DNA of 64,000 nt from Pandoraea sp. (GCA_031291335.1 JARLJF010000092.1:436-64435), one strand, 5' to 3'. Counted from the first letter of the stretch, positions 52,659 through 63,706 are shown. A program made the numbers and translations. The notes: generated from the letters alone by a model not told the origin.

Positions 52659-52670
52659 GGTCCAAGGCCT

Positions 52671-52964
52671 ATGACCAAGTCTGAATTGGTCAACCAGTTG
52701 GCGGCGCGGTTTCCCCAGTTGGTGCTCAAGGATGCCGATTTCGCGGTGAAGACAATTCTCGACGCGATGGCTGACGCGCTTGCGCGTGGTCATCGAATCG
52801 AGATCCGCGGCTTCGGTAGTTTTGGGCTCAACCGTCGGCCACCGCGCGTCGGCCGCAACCCCAAGTCGGGCGAGAAAGTGTTGGTGCCGGAGAAATTCGT
52901 GCCTCACTTCAAGCCTGGCAAGGAATTGCGAGAGCGGGTTGATCACAAGGCGTCGGACCAATAA
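52671..52964 (+). CDS. ihfB: Integration host factor beta
   Basis: [21 protein letters not shown] and [12 protein letters not shown] motifs. Confidence 0.97.
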   Translation: MTKSELVNQLAARFPQLVLKDADFAVKTILDAMADALARGHRIEIRGFGSFGLNRRPPRVGRNPKSGEKVLVPEKFVPHFKPGKELRERVDHKASDQ

Positions 52965-52984
52965 GGCCCTTTGGGATCTACTAC

Positions 52985-53016
52985 GCAAAAAAAGCGCCTT
53001 CGGGCGCTTTTTTTGC
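52985..53016 (+). terminator. Intrinsic terminator
   Basis: GCAAAAAAAGCGCC-TTCG-GGCGCTTTTTTTGC. Confidence 0.88.
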
Positions 53017-53204
53017 ATCTGGCGGAGACGAGTGCACACAATTGACGCAAATGTGAAGCGCGCTGCAGTAACGACGCCTCACAGAGCACATCCGGTACAA
53101 TACGCCCACGTGCCGGTCTGGCGCGCGGACGGTGTCGCAACCGTGTGCGCGAGACTGCTCAAGTTGCAAAACATACGGCAAGCCTGCCGCAGGAGCCTTT
53201 CGGC

Positions 53205-53498
53205 ATGAAGCTGATTGTTTGGATCGTTCGTCTCATCGTGTTCGTGGTGTTGCTGTGTCTCGCGCTCGCCAACACGGGCGAGGTCACGTTGAACCTGTTC
53301 CTGGGGCATACGTGGACGGCACCGCTCATCATGATCGGTCTGGCGTTTTTCGTGGTCGGTGGCGTCATCGGTGTGCTCGCCACCTTGCCAAGCCTGATGC
53401 GTCAACGCCTGGAACTGCGCCGCACGCGACGCGATCTTGCGCGTGCACAACGTGATCCCGAGGCAAGCGATCAACCGCCGATGCTGCCGCCGGTCTAA
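53205..53498 (+). CDS. lapA: LPS assembly protein LapA
   Basis: Two TM segments, ALAN..V.L, basic tail; precedes lapB. Confidence 0.85.
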   Translation: MKLIVWIVRLIVFVVLLCLALANTGEVTLNLFLGHTWTAPLIMIGLAFFVVGGVIGVLATLPSLMRQRLELRRTRRDLARAQRDPEASDQPPMLPPV

Positions 53499-53564
53499 GG
53501 CGACGGCGGCGCGGCGAACAACGCTCGCCATCCTCATCGACTGTTTCAACGACAACACGCATTC

Positions 53565-54740
53565 ATGGAATTCGAGGTCTGGTGGCTTTTAGCCATCCCT
53601 GTGATTTTCGGCTGCGGCTGGGTAGCCGCACGCCTGGATCTGCGCAGCCTGCTTTCGGAGAGCCGCAATCTGCCGGCCTCCTATTTCCGCGGTTTGAACT
53701 TCTTGCTGAACGAGCAGCCCGACAAGGCGATCGATGCCTTCATCGAAGTCGCGAAGCTCGACCCTGAGACCACCGAACTGCACTTCGCACTGGGCAGCCT
53801 GTTCCGCCGTCGCGGCGAAACGGAGCGTGCCATTCGCGTGCATCAGAATTTGCTCTCGCGTGACGACCTGCCGCAAGCCGATCAGGAGCACGCGCTTTAC
53901 GAATTGGGGCACGACTTCCTGAAGGCGGGTCTGCTGGACCGTGCCGAAGAAGCCTTCGGCCGTCTGCAGACGGGGGCGTATGCCAAGGCCGCGCAACATG
54001 CGAAGCTCACGATCTATCAGATCGAGAAGGAGTGGCGCAAAGCGCTGACCGAGGCAGAGATGCTTAGCGATCTCGACCTCGCCGTGTCGTACCGCAAGGA
54101 GATTGCGCAGTTCCACTGCGAACTGGCGCAGGAAGCGCTGCAGCGCAAGGACATCGCGTCGGTGACGCAAGCGCTCGATGCCGCGCTCGAAGTCAATCCC
54201 GCCAATGTGCGCGCGCCGCTGCTGCGCGGCGACATGCTGCTTGCCGAGGGCGACGCCGAAGGCGCGTTGCGCGTGCTTAGCACCATTGAACAGCAGAATC
54301 CGGTGTACATCGGCTTGGCGGCCAAGCGACTGATGCGGGCTTACGAGGCATTGGGCCGCGCACCGGAAGGGCTCGCCGTGTTGCGTGACGCGCTGCGCAA
54401 GAATCCGTCGGACGACCTGTTGGAGATCGTCTACGAGAAGACGGTCGCGCTTGAGGGGCCGGAAGCGGCACTCAAGCTCATGCGGGAGCAGATGCACCGT
54501 GCGCCCAGTGCACTCGGTATGACGCGCCTGCTCGAAGCGCACGCCGTGACGGCATCCGGCGACACGCAATCCGATCTGCAACTCATGGGCAAGCTCATCA
54601 CGCAGCGTACCAAGTCGTTGCCGCGCTACGTCTGTGATCAGTGCGGCTTCCGCGCGCGATTGTTCTACTGGCAGTGCCCCGGCTGTAATGGCTGGGAGAC
54701 CTATACGCCGCGCCGCGCCGACGTGCCGGCGGCATCCTAA
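53565..54740 (+). CDS. lapB: LPS assembly protein LapB
   Basis: YFRGLNFLLNEQPDKA, TPR repeats, rubredoxin CDQCGF...WQCPGC. Confidence 0.95.
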   Translation: MEFEVWWLLAIPVIFGCGWVAARLDLRSLLSESRNLPASYFRGLNFLLNEQPDKAIDAFIEVAKLDPETTELHFALGSLFRRRGETERAIRVHQNLLSRDDLPQADQEHALYELGHDFLKAGLLDRAEEAFGRLQTGAYAKAAQHAKLTIYQIEKEWRKALTEAEMLSDLDLAVSYRKEIAQFHCELAQEALQRKDIASVTQALDAALEVNPANVRAPLLRGDMLLAEGDAEGALRVLSTIEQQNPVYIGLAAKRLMRAYEALGRAPEGLAVLRDALRKNPSDDLLEIVYEKTVALEGPEAALKLMREQMHRAPSALGMTRLLEAHAVTASGDTQSDLQLMGKLITQRTKSLPRYVCDQCGFRARLFYWQCPGCNGWETYTPRRADVPAAS

Positions 54741-54761
54741 TTTCTTTAAGTTCGCGCAATC

Positions 54762-56135
54762 ATGAAAGTCACCATCATCGGCTCCGGATACGTCGGCCTT
54801 GTTACCGGCGCCTGTCTCGCGGACGTCGGCAACGACGTGTTCTGTCTCGACGTCGATCAGCGCAAGATCGATATTCTGAACAACGGCGGCGTGCCGATTC
54901 ACGAACCGGGCCTGCAGGAAATCATTGCACGCAACCGCGAAGCCGGTCGTCTGCACTTCTCGACGGATGTCGAGGCCTCGGTTGCGCATGGCGACGTGCA
55001 GTTCATCGCCGTGGGCACGCCTCCCGATGAAGACGGCTCGGCTGACCTGCAATACGTTGTGGCGGCCGCGCGCAACATCGGTCGTTACGCCAAGAGCTTC
55101 AAGGTGATCGTCGACAAATCGACAGTGCCGGTGGGCACCGCCGACAAGGTGCATGCGGCCGTGGCTGAAGAACTCACCAAGCGTGGTGAGAAGGTGTCGT
55201 TCTCCGTCGTCTCGAATCCGGAATTCCTGAAGGAAGGCGCGGCGGTGGATGACTTCATGCGTCCGGACCGCATCGTGATCGGTGTGGACGATGACACCGA
55301 CGGCCAACAGGCGCGCGCGATGATGAAGCGCCTGTACTCGCCGTTCAACCGCAATCACGAGCGCACGCTGTATATGGATGTGCGCTCGGCAGAGTTCACC
55401 AAGTACGCGGCAAACGCCATGCTCGCCACGCGTATTTCATTCATGAACGAACTGGCCAATCTCGCGGATCGGGTCGGCGTGGATATCGAAGACGTGCGTC
55501 AGGGCATTGGTTCGGACCCGCGTATCGGCTACCACTTCCTGTACGCCGGTTGCGGTTACGGTGGCTCGTGCTTCCCGAAGGACGTGCAGGCACTTGTGCG
55601 CACCGCCGAGGACTATGGCTTGCCGTTGCGGATTCTGAATGCGGTAGAAGCCGTCAATGAAACGCAGAAGACGGTGCTGATCGACAAGATCGTGAAGCGC
55701 CTTGGCGACGATCTGTCGGACAAGACGTTCGCGCTGTGGGGCCTCGCGTTCAAGCCGAACACCGACGATATGCGCGAGGCGCCGAGCCGCCGCGTGATCG
55801 AGGAGCTGGTGCGCCGTGGCGCCCGTGTGCGCGCTTACGATCCGGTCGCGCTGGAAGAAGCGCGTCGCGTCATTGCGCTGGATTTCGCAGACGATGCTGC
55901 GGCGCATGCTCGCATCGAATTCTGTGCATCGCAGAACGACACGTTGACGGGTGCCGACGCGCTCGTCATCGTCACGGAATGGAAGGCGTTCCGCAGCCCG
56001 GACTTTGCGAAGGTGAAGACGGCGTTGTCGCTGCCGCTGATTTTCGACGGTCGCAATCTGTACGACCCGGAGGCCATGCAGGAACTCGGTATCGAGTACC
56101 ACGCCATTGGCCGTGATTTGCACAAGCCGGTCTGA
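54762..56135 (+). CDS. ugd: UDP-glucose 6-dehydrogenase
   Basis: [27 protein letters not shown] and FKPNTDD motifs. Confidence 0.94.
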   Translation: MKVTIIGSGYVGLVTGACLADVGNDVFCLDVDQRKIDILNNGGVPIHEPGLQEIIARNREAGRLHFSTDVEASVAHGDVQFIAVGTPPDEDGSADLQYVVAAARNIGRYAKSFKVIVDKSTVPVGTADKVHAAVAEELTKRGEKVSFSVVSNPEFLKEGAAVDDFMRPDRIVIGVDDDTDGQQARAMMKRLYSPFNRNHERTLYMDVRSAEFTKYAANAMLATRISFMNELANLADRVGVDIEDVRQGIGSDPRIGYHFLYAGCGYGGSCFPKDVQALVRTAEDYGLPLRILNAVEAVNETQKTVLIDKIVKRLGDDLSDKTFALWGLAFKPNTDDMREAPSRRVIEELVRRGARVRAYDPVALEEARRVIALDFADDAAAHARIEFCASQNDTLTGADALVIVTEWKAFRSPDFAKVKTALSLPLIFDGRNLYDPEAMQELGIEYHAIGRDLHKPV

Positions 56136-56152
56136 GTATCGAGGAGCGACGG

Positions 56153-57142
56153 ATGACTTCGACGGCAACTTCGCTCACGCGCACGGTGCAGGCACCGGGC
56201 GTACCCACCGTGCCTCGCGAGGCCTTCAGCCACGCGCGTGTGCTGATCGTTGGCGATGTGATGCTCGATCGCTACTGGTTTGGCGACGTCAATCGCATTT
56301 CCCCGGAAGCACCGGTGCCGGTAGTGCACGTCAAGCGCAACGAAGAGCGTTTGGGCGGCGCGGCGAACGTGGCGCTCAACGCCACGTCGCTGGGCGCGCA
56401 GGCCGGACTGCTCTGCGTGCTTGGGGAAGATGAACCGGCCGAACGGGTCGTCGACATGCTCGACGCGAGCGGTGTGACGGCTTACGTGACACGCGACGCC
56501 CATTTGGCGACAACCATCAAGCTGCGCATCGTATCGCGCCAGCAGCAACTCCTGCGCATCGACTTCGAGAACCAGCCGGCGCACGAAGTGTTGCTGGCCG
56601 TGCTCGATCAGTACCGCCAACTGCTCGCCAGCTATGACGTGGTGCTGCTCTCGGATTACGCGAAGGGCGGTCTGACGCACGTACAGCCGATGATCGACGC
56701 CGCGCGTGCTGCAGGCAAGGCGGTGCTTGTCGATCCGAAGGGCAGCGACTACGAGCGCTATCGCGGTGCCACGATCCTGACCCCGAACCGGGCGGAATTG
56801 CAGCAGGTGGTGGGCGAATGGCGCTCGGAAGACGACCTCACGGTGCGCGCGCAGAACCTGCGTGAGTCGCTGAACCTCGAGGCGCTGCTGCTCACGCGCT
56901 CGGAAGAGGGCATGACGCTCTTTACCGAAGGCGGCGCGCTGCACGTGCCGGCTCAGGCGCGCGAAGTGTATGACGTGTCGGGCGCGGGCGACACCGTGAT
57001 CGCAACCCTTGCGGCATCGCTGTCCGCGGGGGTGCCGCTCGCGCAGGCCGTTGTGCTCGCCAACCGCGCCGGTAGTATCGTCGTGGGTAAGCTGGGCACA
57101 GCGAGCGTGGATTACAACGAACTCTTTTCCGATCTGACATGA
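56153..57142 (+). CDS. rfaE1: D-glycero-beta-D-manno-heptose-7-phosphate kinase (RfaE1/HldA)
   Basis: [23 protein letters not shown] and DVSGAGDT motifs. Confidence 0.93.
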   Translation: MTSTATSLTRTVQAPGVPTVPREAFSHARVLIVGDVMLDRYWFGDVNRISPEAPVPVVHVKRNEERLGGAANVALNATSLGAQAGLLCVLGEDEPAERVVDMLDASGVTAYVTRDAHLATTIKLRIVSRQQQLLRIDFENQPAHEVLLAVLDQYRQLLASYDVVLLSDYAKGGLTHVQPMIDAARAAGKAVLVDPKGSDYERYRGATILTPNRAELQQVVGEWRSEDDLTVRAQNLRESLNLEALLLTRSEEGMTLFTEGGALHVPAQAREVYDVSGAGDTVIATLAASLSAGVPLAQAVVLANRAGSIVVGKLGTASVDYNELFSDLT

Positions 57143-58143
57143 CCATTATCGTGACCGGCGCCGCCGGCTTCATCGGCGCGAACATTGTCAAAGCCCTCAA
57201 CGAGCGCGGCGAGACCGACATCGTGGCGGTCGACAATCTCACGCGCGCCGACAAATTCCGCAATCTCGTCGATTGCGAGATCAGCGACTACCTCGACAAG
57301 ACCGAATTCGTCGCGCGTTTCCAGCGCCGGGAGTTCGGCCGCGTTCGTGCAATTTTCCACGAAGGCGCCTGCTCCGACACCATGGAGACGGATGGCCGCT
57401 ACATGATGGAGAACAACTTCCGCTACACGCGGGCGTTGTTCGAAGCCTGTCAGGCGCAGGCCGTGCCATTTCTCTATGCGTCGTCGGCCGCAACGTACGG
57501 TGCGTCGGAAACATTCGTGGAGACGCGTGAATACGAGAAGCCGCTGAACGTCTACGGGTACTCGAAGTTCCTGTTCGATCAGATCGTACGTCGTGCCATG
57601 CGTGACGCGGGCGGCAAGCTGCCGAGTCAGGTGGCCGGCTTCCGTTACTTCAACGTGTATGGCTCGCGTGAGGCGCACAAGGGCCGCATGGCGTCGGTTG
57701 CGTACCACAATTTCAACGAATTCCGTGCCAATGGCCGTGTGAAGCTCTTCGGTGAGTACAACGGCTACGCCGCTGGTACGCAAAGCCGCGACTTCGTGTC
57801 CGTGGAAGACGTGGTCAAGGTGAACCTGCATTTCTTCGATCATCCGGAGCGCAGCGGCATCTTCAACCTTGGCTCGGGCCGTGCACAGCCGTTCAACGAT
57901 ATCGCCGTTGCCGTGATCAACACGCTTCGCCAGGAAGCGGGCGAGGCGCCGCTCACGCTCGATGAACTGGTCAAGCAGGGGCTGGTGGAGTACATCCCGT
58001 TCCCGGACGCGCTGCGTGGCAAGTATCAATGCTTTACGCAGGCGAATATCGACCATCTGCGTCAGGTGGGCGGCTATCAGCAGCCGTTCTACACGGTGGG
58101 TGAAGGGGTGTCGCGTTACGTGCGCTGGCTGCTCGCGCAGTAA
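57139..58143 (+). CDS. rfaD: ADP-L-glycero-D-manno-heptose 6-epimerase
   Basis: [19 protein letters not shown] and YFNVYG...HKGRMAS motifs. Confidence 0.95.
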   Translation: MTIIVTGAAGFIGANIVKALNERGETDIVAVDNLTRADKFRNLVDCEISDYLDKTEFVARFQRREFGRVRAIFHEGACSDTMETDGRYMMENNFRYTRALFEACQAQAVPFLYASSAATYGASETFVETREYEKPLNVYGYSKFLFDQIVRRAMRDAGGKLPSQVAGFRYFNVYGSREAHKGRMASVAYHNFNEFRANGRVKLFGEYNGYAAGTQSRDFVSVEDVVKVNLHFFDHPERSGIFNLGSGRAQPFNDIAVAVINTLRQEAGEAPLTLDELVKQGLVEYIPFPDALRGKYQCFTQANIDHLRQVGGYQQPFYTVGEGVSRYVRWLLAQ

Positions 58144-58177
58144 GCGCCAGGACCCGCCGACACGTGTCGCCAGACAG

Positions 58178-58211
58178 ACGGGGAGCCAGAGACGGCTCCC
58201 CGTTTTGTTTT
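58178..58211 (+). terminator. Intrinsic terminator
   Basis: ACGGGGAGCC-AGAGAC-GGCTCCCCGT followed by TTTGTTTT. Confidence 0.78.
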
Positions 58212-58309
58212 AAAACGTGCCCGATGTCATCCGCAGACGCGCTTGGGCGTTAAGGAGATATCGGGGGTATCGCGGATATCGACCCGAGTGACCTCATAAG
58301 GAACACATC

Positions 58310-59086
58310 ATGCTTCGCAAACTCTTGCTGGCGGTTGTTGCCTTTTTCACCCTGTGCGGCTTGGCCATGGCCGCCGTCGACATCAATACCGCCGACCAGT
58401 CGCAGCTTGAATCGCTCAAGGGCATCGGGCCGGTCAAATCCAAAGCCATCATCGACGAGCGCAACGCCCACGGCCCGTATAAGGACGCCGCTGACGTTGC
58501 CAAGCGCGTCAAAGGGTTGGGTGCCAAGTCCGTCACCACGCTCCAGTCCGAAGGTATGACGATCAACGGGCAGGGCGGTGCTGCGGCACCGGCGACGCCC
58601 GCCGCCTCGGCAAAGTCGCCTCCGATTGCTGCGCCGGCCGCTCAGGCACCTGCGGCACCGGCCAAGACCGTGCCGCCCGTCGCGCAGACGCCGTCTGCTC
58701 CTGCGACCCCGACCAAGCCCTCAACGGTAGCGCCGACGCCAGCAGCACCGGCGACGCCCGTGCCGTCAACGGCCACGCAAAAGACGCCGACGCCTACGCC
58801 GGCCGCGGGACAGACCATGAAGCCCGCCACTGCCGGTGCCACGGCGATGTCTGCCAAGCCTGGCACGCCGGTCCCGGCGGCGGCGTCCGCCGCTGGCGCA
58901 TCGGATACCAAGACGGCCAAGTCGAAGAAGTCGAAGGATGCCAAGTCGGCCAAGTCGGCCAAGGCGGATGCGGCACCGTCGGCAGCATCCGCTCCGGCAG
59001 CAGCGGCTGCCGATGCCGCTCCGGCCAAATCCTCCAAATCCAAGAAGGCCAAGGCGCCGTCGCCGGCTAGCGCGGCGAAGTCCTGA
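58310..59086 (+). CDS. ComEA-like helix-hairpin-helix protein with long Pro/Ala/Lys-rich tail
   Basis: Signal peptide; VDINTA, LKGIGP and VKGLG HhH motifs; low-complexity C-terminus. Confidence 0.85.
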   Translation: MLRKLLLAVVAFFTLCGLAMAAVDINTADQSQLESLKGIGPVKSKAIIDERNAHGPYKDAADVAKRVKGLGAKSVTTLQSEGMTINGQGGAAAPATPAASAKSPPIAAPAAQAPAAPAKTVPPVAQTPSAPATPTKPSTVAPTPAAPATPVPSTATQKTPTPTPAAGQTMKPATAGATAMSAKPGTPVPAAASAAGASDTKTAKSKKSKDAKSAKSAKADAAPSAASAPAAAAADAAPAKSSKSKKAKAPSPASAAKS

Positions 59087-59202
59087 GGTGCTTCGGGCGG
59101 CCGGATATCCACGAATCGGATGTCCGACCGTAGCCCGCCATGAGCGCGGTGATGGCCGGTGGATTAGAATGTTCTGATTCCCGACCGAAAAAGCTTAGCG
59201 CA

Positions 59203-60105
59203 ATGGCCTATAAGACTATCGAAGACACCATCGGCAATACGCCGCTGGTGCAACTGATGCGTTTGCCCGACGACGAAATCCGTCGTCGTAACAACGTGAT
59301 TCTCGGCAAGCTCGAGGGCAACAACCCGGCGGGTTCGGTGAAAGACCGTCCGGCGCTGTCGATGATCAAGCACGCGGAATTGCGCGGCCGCATCAAACCG
59401 GGCGACACGCTCATCGAAGCCACGTCGGGCAATACCGGCATCGCTTTGGCGATGGCGGCGGCCATTCGCGGCTACAAGATGGTCCTCATCATGCCGGAAG
59501 ACCTCTCCATCGAGCGTCGTCAGAGCATGGGGGCCTATGGCGCCGAGATCATCCTGACACCGGTCAAGGGCGGCATGGAGTACGCGCGCGACCTCGCCGA
59601 GCAAATGCAACGTGACGGACGCGGCATCATCCTCGACCAGTTCGCCAACCCGGACAACCCGCTCGCGCACTATCAGGGCACGGGGCCGGAGATCTGGCGC
59701 GACACCGAGGGACGCATTACGCACTTCGTCTCTGCAATGGGCACGACCGGCACGATCATGGGCGTGTCGCAGTACCTGAAAGAGCAGAGCGACGCGGTGC
59801 AGATCATCGGCGCGGAGCCGGCGGAAGGCTCGCGCATTCCCGGCATTCGCAAGTGGCCGGAAGCGTACCTGCCGAAGATTTTCGACCGCGCACGCGTGGA
59901 CCGCACGATCTCCGTGACGCAGGCTGACTCGGAAATCATGACACGCCGTCTCGCAGCGGAAGAGGGCATCTTCTGCGGCATTTCGGCCGCAGGCGCCTGC
60001 CACATCGCGCTGAATCTGGCACGCGAAGTCGAGAATGCGACCATCGTGTTTATCGTGTGCGATCGCGGCGATCGCTATCTGTCGACGGGCGTGTTTCCGG
60101 CGTGA
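59203..60105 (+). CDS. cysM: Cysteine synthase B
   Basis: IGNTPLV, NPAGSVKDR, TSGNTG, MGTTGT, IPGIRKW and DRGDRYLS motifs. Confidence 0.95.
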   Translation: MAYKTIEDTIGNTPLVQLMRLPDDEIRRRNNVILGKLEGNNPAGSVKDRPALSMIKHAELRGRIKPGDTLIEATSGNTGIALAMAAAIRGYKMVLIMPEDLSIERRQSMGAYGAEIILTPVKGGMEYARDLAEQMQRDGRGIILDQFANPDNPLAHYQGTGPEIWRDTEGRITHFVSAMGTTGTIMGVSQYLKEQSDAVQIIGAEPAEGSRIPGIRKWPEAYLPKIFDRARVDRTISVTQADSEIMTRRLAAEEGIFCGISAAGACHIALNLAREVENATIVFIVCDRGDRYLSTGVFPA

Positions 60106-60164
60106 TATGCCGTGGTGATGTGCTGCGGTGCTTGGCACCGTTTCCCTTGACGGGATGCACAATG

Positions 60165-60192
60165 AAAACGGGACCCGAGGGTCCCGTTTTTT
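60165..60192. terminator. Bidirectional intrinsic terminator
   Basis: AAAACGGGACC-CGAG-GGTCCCGTTTTTT between convergent cysM and mltB. Confidence 0.85.
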
Positions 60193-60231
60193 ATGGCGAT
60201 GGAGCGACCGAACGACGATCGGGATCAGGCG

Positions 60232-61461
60232 TTACGGTGCACGTGCCGCCTTGATCGCATCGGCCAGGTCGTACACCGACATGGCGTAGAAGAAGCTGCG
60301 GTTGTAGCGCGTAAGCACGTAGAAGTTATTCAGGCCCATGCGGTACTGCGTGGGCTGTCCCGGCGTCGGCAGATCGACGATGAGCACCGGCGTGTCGAGC
60401 GACGCGCCGACATCGAGCCGAGGCTCGTTCATCAGCATGCCGGCCTTGATGAAGTCGCCGAGCTTCCAATGCGGCTCAGGTTGCCCATCGGCGCCCGCTT
60501 CTGCCAAGCCCAGGCTACCGCGATCGCCGGCGATGTTCCAGACGACCGGTTGTCCCGGCTGCCAACCGTGTTGCTTGAGGAAGTTGGCGACGCTGCCGAT
60601 CGCATCGGCCACATCGGTCGTCAGATTGATCTTGCCGTCGCCGGTGTAGTCGACGGCGTAATTGCGGATCGAAGACGGCATGAACTGCGGGATGCCGATG
60701 GCGCCCGCGTATGAGCCGTAAATGCTGAACGGATCGACGCCACGCTCGCGTGCGTAAAGCAGCAAGTTTTCCAGCTCATTGCGGAACAGCGCCATGCGCT
60801 CCGACCGGTTACGTGCGGGCGGATAGTCGAACGCGAGCGTGGTGAGCGCGTCGATGGTGCGGAAGTTGCCCATGTTGCGCCCGTAGATCGTCTCTACGCC
60901 GATGATGGCGACGATGATCTCCTCAGGCACTCCGTACTGTTTCGCGGCGCGAGCGAGCGTTGCCGCGTTCTGATTCCAGAAGCGCACGCCGCCATTGATG
61001 CGCGTGTTGTCGAGAAAATTCTTCTCGTACTTGATCCAGTTCTTCTGACCGGGCGTGGCAGGCGGTGCGGCCAGACGGGCAGCCGTCTGGGAGAACACCA
61101 CGCGCGAGAACACCCGTTGCAATTCGGCGCGATCGAAACCGTCGCGTGCCACGATGTCGTTGATGAACGCGTCGACCTCGGGGTTGGCCGCGTAGCGTTG
61201 CGGCACGACCTCTTCTTCGAACTCCGTTTGGGCGACTTGCTTCGGACGCGTCTGCGCGTGCGCGCCGATCGTCGTCAGTGAGAAGGCGCCGACGCATAGC
61301 GCAACGCCGAGCGCGCGAACGGGGCGCGACAGTCGCGAAAGGCGCTTCGTGTCGGAGGATTTGCGGAGGGCGGCCGATAGGTGACGGCCAGTGTCCGGTC
61401 GATGAGTGAGGCGCGAGAGCGCCAGCGGGAGCGAGTCGTACATCCGTACCGGTGATGTCAT
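60232..61461 (-). CDS. mltB: Lytic murein transglycosylase B
   Basis: IIGVETIYG, GSYAGAIGIPQFMPSS, DYTGDG and TRYNRS motifs; start uncertain. Confidence 0.92.
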   Translation of the reverse strand: MTSPVRMYDSLPLALSRLTHRPDTGRHLSAALRKSSDTKRLSRLSRPVRALGVALCVGAFSLTTIGAHAQTRPKQVAQTEFEEEVVPQRYAANPEVDAFINDIVARDGFDRAELQRVFSRVVFSQTAARLAAPPATPGQKNWIKYEKNFLDNTRINGGVRFWNQNAATLARAAKQYGVPEEIIVAIIGVETIYGRNMGNFRTIDALTTLAFDYPPARNRSERMALFRNELENLLLYARERGVDPFSIYGSYAGAIGIPQFMPSSIRNYAVDYTGDGKINLTTDVADAIGSVANFLKQHGWQPGQPVVWNIAGDRGSLGLAEAGADGQPEPHWKLGDFIKAGMLMNEPRLDVGASLDTPVLIVDLPTPGQPTQYRMGLNNFYVLTRYNRSFFYAMSVYDLADAIKAARAP

Positions 61462-61891
61462 GCTGTCTGTCAGGCCTGTATGAAGTCCGAATGCGATGCA
61501 GCCGTTGGGGCCACCATCGCGTTAGTCGCGTCGATGCTTTCGTCGGTGTGTGTCGAAGTGAGCCCGACACGCGGTTCAGACTAGAGCGTCAACCATTCAT
61601 GCCAGTTCCTGCCGTCCCGAATTTCAGGAGAACGGCCCTTGCCGGCTGACACGGGTCTGCTGTGAGACTGCTTGGCAGTATAACCGAGTGCACCTGTGAT
61701 ACCTTAAGGCCTGTGCACTGTCGGTGACAGTGTTCAGGGGGATGCCGGCCATCGGCACGCGTGTGCCAGTGCAGTGCGGCACCGTGAGCCAGGCACTACG
61801 CCCGGCCGCTACCGGACGTGGAGACCACGGCGCGGCGGGCATCCCCCGCCCGTCCCAATATAACGATTCGAAGCGATAGGCGACACAACGA

Positions 61892-62815
61892 ATGGCTACC
61901 GGGTTTTATACGCACCCCGATTGCATCCGTCACGAGATGGGAGAGTGGCATCCGGAATGTCCCGAGCGGCTGCGCGCCATCGAGGACCAATTGATCGCCG
62001 GACGCATCGACGGCCTGCTCGAGCGCCGAGAAGCCCCGGCCGCCGACGAGGCCAGTCTGCGGCTCGTGCACACGCAAGATCACATCGATTTCATTCGCGA
62101 CAACATCCCCGAGTCGGGCTATTTCCCGATCGACCCGGACACGTTGCTCAATCCGTATTCGTGGCGTGCCGCGACGCGTGCAGCAGGCGCGGCGATCGCC
62201 GCGACCGATGCGGTCATTCGCGGCGAACTTGAGAATGCCTTTTGCAGCGTGCGTCCGCCGGGCCATCACGCGACGCCCACGCGCGCTATGGGTTTCTGTC
62301 TGTTCAACAACGTGGCGATTGCCGCGGCCCATGCGCTGGAAGTTCACGGGCTCTCGCGTGTGGCGATCGTCGACTTCGACGTGCACCACGGCAATGGCAC
62401 CGAAGCCGCATTCGGCAACGACGAACGCGTGTTGATGTGCGGCATTTTCCAACACCCGTTCTATCCGTTTTCCGGTGCGGTCGATCCCGCGCCGAACATG
62501 CTCAACATTCCGCTCGCCGCGCGCACGTCCGGCATGCAGGCCCGTGAGGCCATCGACTACGGCTGGCTGGGGCAACTCGAAGCATTCCGCCCGGAAATGA
62601 TCTTTTTCTCGGCGGGCTTCGACGCGCACCGCGAAGACGATCTCGGCAATCTCGGACTGACCGAAGCGGACTTCACGTGGATCACCGAGCGTGTCAAAGC
62701 GATTGCGGATCGTCATTCAAAGGGGCGGATCGTGAGCTGCCTCGAAGGCGGCTACAACCTCTCCGCGCTTGGACGCAGCGTCGTGGCGCATCTGAAGGTG
62801 CTTGCCGACGTTTGA
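61892..62815 (+). CDS. Histone deacetylase family amidohydrolase
   Basis: HPECPER, RPPGHH, GFC, DFDVHHGNGT, SAGFD and EGGY motifs. Confidence 0.93.
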   Translation: MATGFYTHPDCIRHEMGEWHPECPERLRAIEDQLIAGRIDGLLERREAPAADEASLRLVHTQDHIDFIRDNIPESGYFPIDPDTLLNPYSWRAATRAAGAAIAATDAVIRGELENAFCSVRPPGHHATPTRAMGFCLFNNVAIAAAHALEVHGLSRVAIVDFDVHHGNGTEAAFGNDERVLMCGIFQHPFYPFSGAVDPAPNMLNIPLAARTSGMQAREAIDYGWLGQLEAFRPEMIFFSAGFDAHREDDLGNLGLTEADFTWITERVKAIADRHSKGRIVSCLEGGYNLSALGRSVVAHLKVLADV

Positions 62816-62881
62816 CGTTTGACGTTTCGCGTTTGACGAATGTGCGATGCCGCGCACTCAGACGCGGCGCAGGAGACAAAC

Positions 62882-63706
62882 ATGACGGCATCCGAAGCCA
62901 CGGCTGCACCGCATGAGCCGCTGGTCCTCGTCGCGCGTGGCGTGGGCGAACTCGCTGGCGTGGTCACGCTCACGCTGAATCGTCCGCGTCATTACAACGC
63001 CCTCTCCGAAGCCATGCTCGATGCGCTGCAACATGCGCTCGACGACACGGTGCGTGACACCCGCGCACGCGTGGTGGTGCTCGGTGCTGCCGGTCCGGCG
63101 TTTTGCGCGGGGCACGATCTCAAGGAAATGCGCGCCGAACCGTCGCTCGACTACTACCGCACGCTGTTCAATCAATGCACGCGCGTGATGCTGACGATGC
63201 AGCGCATGCCGCAGCCGGTCATTGCGCGGGTGCATGGCATTGCGACGGCCGCAGGGTGTCAACTGGTTGCGATGTGCGATCTGGCGGTGGCGACGTCGGC
63301 GGCGCGCTTTGCCGTCTCCGGTATCAATGTCGGCCTGTTCTGCGCGACGCCGGGCGTGGCGCTTTCGCGCAACCTCTCGCGCAAGCAGGCGATGGAAATG
63401 TTGCTCACGGGCGAGTTCATCGACGCGCAGACCGCCCGCGAGCGCGGTCTCATCAATCGCGTGGTGGCAACCGAGCGGTTGGACGCGGAAGTGGCGGCGC
63501 TGTGCCGCTCGATTCTGGCCAAGCCTGCGGCGGCCGTGGCTGCCGGCAAGGGGCTGTTCTACCGGCAGGTCGAGACGGGTATCGAAGCGGCCTATCGGAT
63601 GGCCGGGCAGACGATGGCCTGCAACATGATGGACGACTGTGCGCTCGAAGGCGTGCAGGCGTTCATCGAGAAACGCGCGCCCGACTGGGCGAAGCCGTCG
63701 GACTGA
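62882..63706 (+). CDS. Enoyl-CoA hydratase-like protein (ECHDC3-like)
   Basis: FCAGHDL, TAAGCQLVAMCDL, GLFCATP and EGVQAFIEKR motifs. Confidence 0.88.
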   Translation: MTASEATAAPHEPLVLVARGVGELAGVVTLTLNRPRHYNALSEAMLDALQHALDDTVRDTRARVVVLGAAGPAFCAGHDLKEMRAEPSLDYYRTLFNQCTRVMLTMQRMPQPVIARVHGIATAAGCQLVAMCDLAVATSAARFAVSGINVGLFCATPGVALSRNLSRKQAMEMLLTGEFIDAQTARERGLINRVVATERLDAEVAALCRSILAKPAAAVAAGKGLFYRQVETGIEAAYRMAGQTMACNMMDDCALEGVQAFIEKRAPDWAKPSD

